In this document: positions 37,079 to 38,395 of the stretch, in pieces
Layout of the letters: each line of letters starts with the position of its first letter
How positions within the stretch are numbered: the first letter of the stretch is position 1
Assembly: GCA_938004115.1 (NCBI GenBank)
Contig: CALKWS010000046.1
Coordinates: forward strand, 1 to 38,395
Direction: 5' to 3'
Origin: an uncultured Ruaniaceae bacterium
Lineage (GTDB): Bacteria; Actinomycetota; Actinomycetes; Actinomycetales; Beutenbergiaceae
Length of the DNA stretch: 38,395 bases
The notes under the pieces: generated by a model
What the model was told of the DNA's origin: nothing
The model's database searches: none
The model's input: the letters and a program-made list of their open reading frames with translations, nothing else
Program-made: the position numbers and the translations under genes

Positions 37079-38371
37079 ATGACCGAGACGACGGCGCAGT
37101 CCACCCAGGACGTATCCGCAGCAGTAACCGACGTGGCCCGGCGGGCGAAGGTCGCCGCGCGTTCCCTGGCCCGGGCCACCCGGGCCACCAAGGACGGCGC
37201 ACTGCACCGGATGGCGGACACACTGGTGGCCGCCAGCGAGCGCATCGTGACCGCCAACGCCCGCGACGTGGCCCGCGCCCAGGCGGACGGAATGAGCCCG
37301 GGACTGGTGGACCGGCTCACGCTGGACCCCGCCCGGATCGAACAGATCGCCGGCGCGCTGCGCGATCTGGCCGCGCTGCCGGACCCGGTGGGTGAGGTGC
37401 TGCACGGGTCCACGCTGCCCAACGGTCTGCGGGTGCGGCAGGTACGTGTGCCCATGGGTGTGGTGGGCATGATCTACGAGGCGCGCCCGAACGTGACGGT
37501 CGATGCCGCGGGCCTGGCCCTGAAGAGCGGGAACGCGGTGGTGCTGCGTGGAGGATCGGCCGCCGCGGACTCCAACCAGGAGATCGTGGCAGTGCTCGGG
37601 CAGGCGCTGCGGGACGTCGGTCTGCCCGCCGATCTGGTGCAGTCCATCGACGCCTACGGCCGCGCCGGCGCCCAGGCCCTGATGCGGGCCCGGGGCCTGG
37701 TAGACGTCCTGATCCCCAGGGGCGGGGCGGGCCTGATCCAGACCGTGGTGGCCCAGTCCACCGTGCCGGTGATCGAGACCGGGGTGGGGAACTGCCACCT
37801 GTACGTCGACGCCGCGGCCGACGTGGAGCAGGCCCTGGCGCTGCTGCTGAACTCCAAGACCCAACGGGTGGGGGTGTGCAACGCGGCCGAGACGCTGCTG
37901 GTGCACGCCGACATCGCCACCGGCTTCCTGCCTGCAGCGCTGCAGGCGCTGGGCGAGGCCGGCGTTCGGATCCACGGGGACGAACGCACCCAGGAACTGG
38001 CGCCCACGGGTGTGGCGGTGGCCGAGGCCACCGAGGAGGACTGGCACGCGGAGTACCTGAGCATGGACCTGGCGGTCCGGGTGGTCGCGGACCTGGACCA
38101 GGCGCTGGACCACATCCGTACCTACTCCTCCGGGCACACCGAGGCCATCTGCACCACCGACACTCGCAGTGTGCAACGGTTCACCGCGGAGGTGGACTCG
38201 GCGGCGGTGATGGTCAACGCCTCCACCCGGTTCACCGACGGCGGGCAGCTCGGCTTGGGAGCCGAGATCGGCATCTCGACCCAGAAGTTGCACGCCCGCG
38301 GACCGATGGGGCTGGCCGAACTGACCACCACCACCTGGATCGTGGAGGGTGACGGGCACATCCGCACCTGA
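37079..38371 (+). CDS. proA: Gamma-glutamyl phosphate reductase
   Basis: [68 protein letters not shown]. Confidence 0.97.
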   Translation: MTETTAQSTQDVSAAVTDVARRAKVAARSLARATRATKDGALHRMADTLVAASERIVTANARDVARAQADGMSPGLVDRLTLDPARIEQIAGALRDLAALPDPVGEVLHGSTLPNGLRVRQVRVPMGVVGMIYEARPNVTVDAAGLALKSGNAVVLRGGSAAADSNQEIVAVLGQALRDVGLPADLVQSIDAYGRAGAQALMRARGLVDVLIPRGGAGLIQTVVAQSTVPVIETGVGNCHLYVDAAADVEQALALLLNSKTQRVGVCNAAETLLVHADIATGFLPAALQALGEAGVRIHGDERTQELAPTGVAVAEATEEDWHAEYLSMDLAVRVVADLDQALDHIRTYSSGHTEAICTTDTRSVQRFTAEVDSAAVMVNASTRFTDGGQLGLGAEIGISTQKLHARGPMGLAELTTTTWIVEGDGHIRT

Positions 38372-38395
38372 CGGGCACAGCCGCACCTGAGGGCT

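Overview
This is a high-GC chromosomal segment of an actinomycete; gene content and order suggest Micrococcales (inference). The backbone is housekeeping: rpmB, recG, rsmD, coaD, a SepIVA-like gene, DUF177, rnc, mutM, and later rne, rplU, rpmA, obgE, proB and proA. Several accessory blocks interrupt it. (1) Sugar-acid catabolic genes (Gfo/Idh/MocA oxidoreductase, ThuA-like, UxaA-family dehydratase, kdgK, eda, LacI regulator) lie in two places about 9 kb apart and share LacI-type palindromes. (2) A block of about 4.4 kb with visibly more AT-rich codon use (GNAT, membrane protein, two-component pair, alpha/beta hydrolase) is bounded by 44-bp imperfect direct repeats embedded in arrays of a short degenerate unit. 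(3) A DosR/DosS-like pair is split by a peptidase gene. (4) An unknown membrane protein has an internal duplication. The most notable element lies between proB and proA: a sigma70-type promoter, a SAM-IV riboswitch, an unannotated 28-codon Cys/Met-rich ORF (MNTTRTPAYQRRVVSCVMCSMCCCSMSA), a large hairpin, and a shortened luciferase-like monooxygenase. This may be a two-tier sulfur-sensing leader. I saw no integrase, transposase, tRNA, rRNA or CRISPR array. All family calls come from reading motifs by eye, not from database searches.
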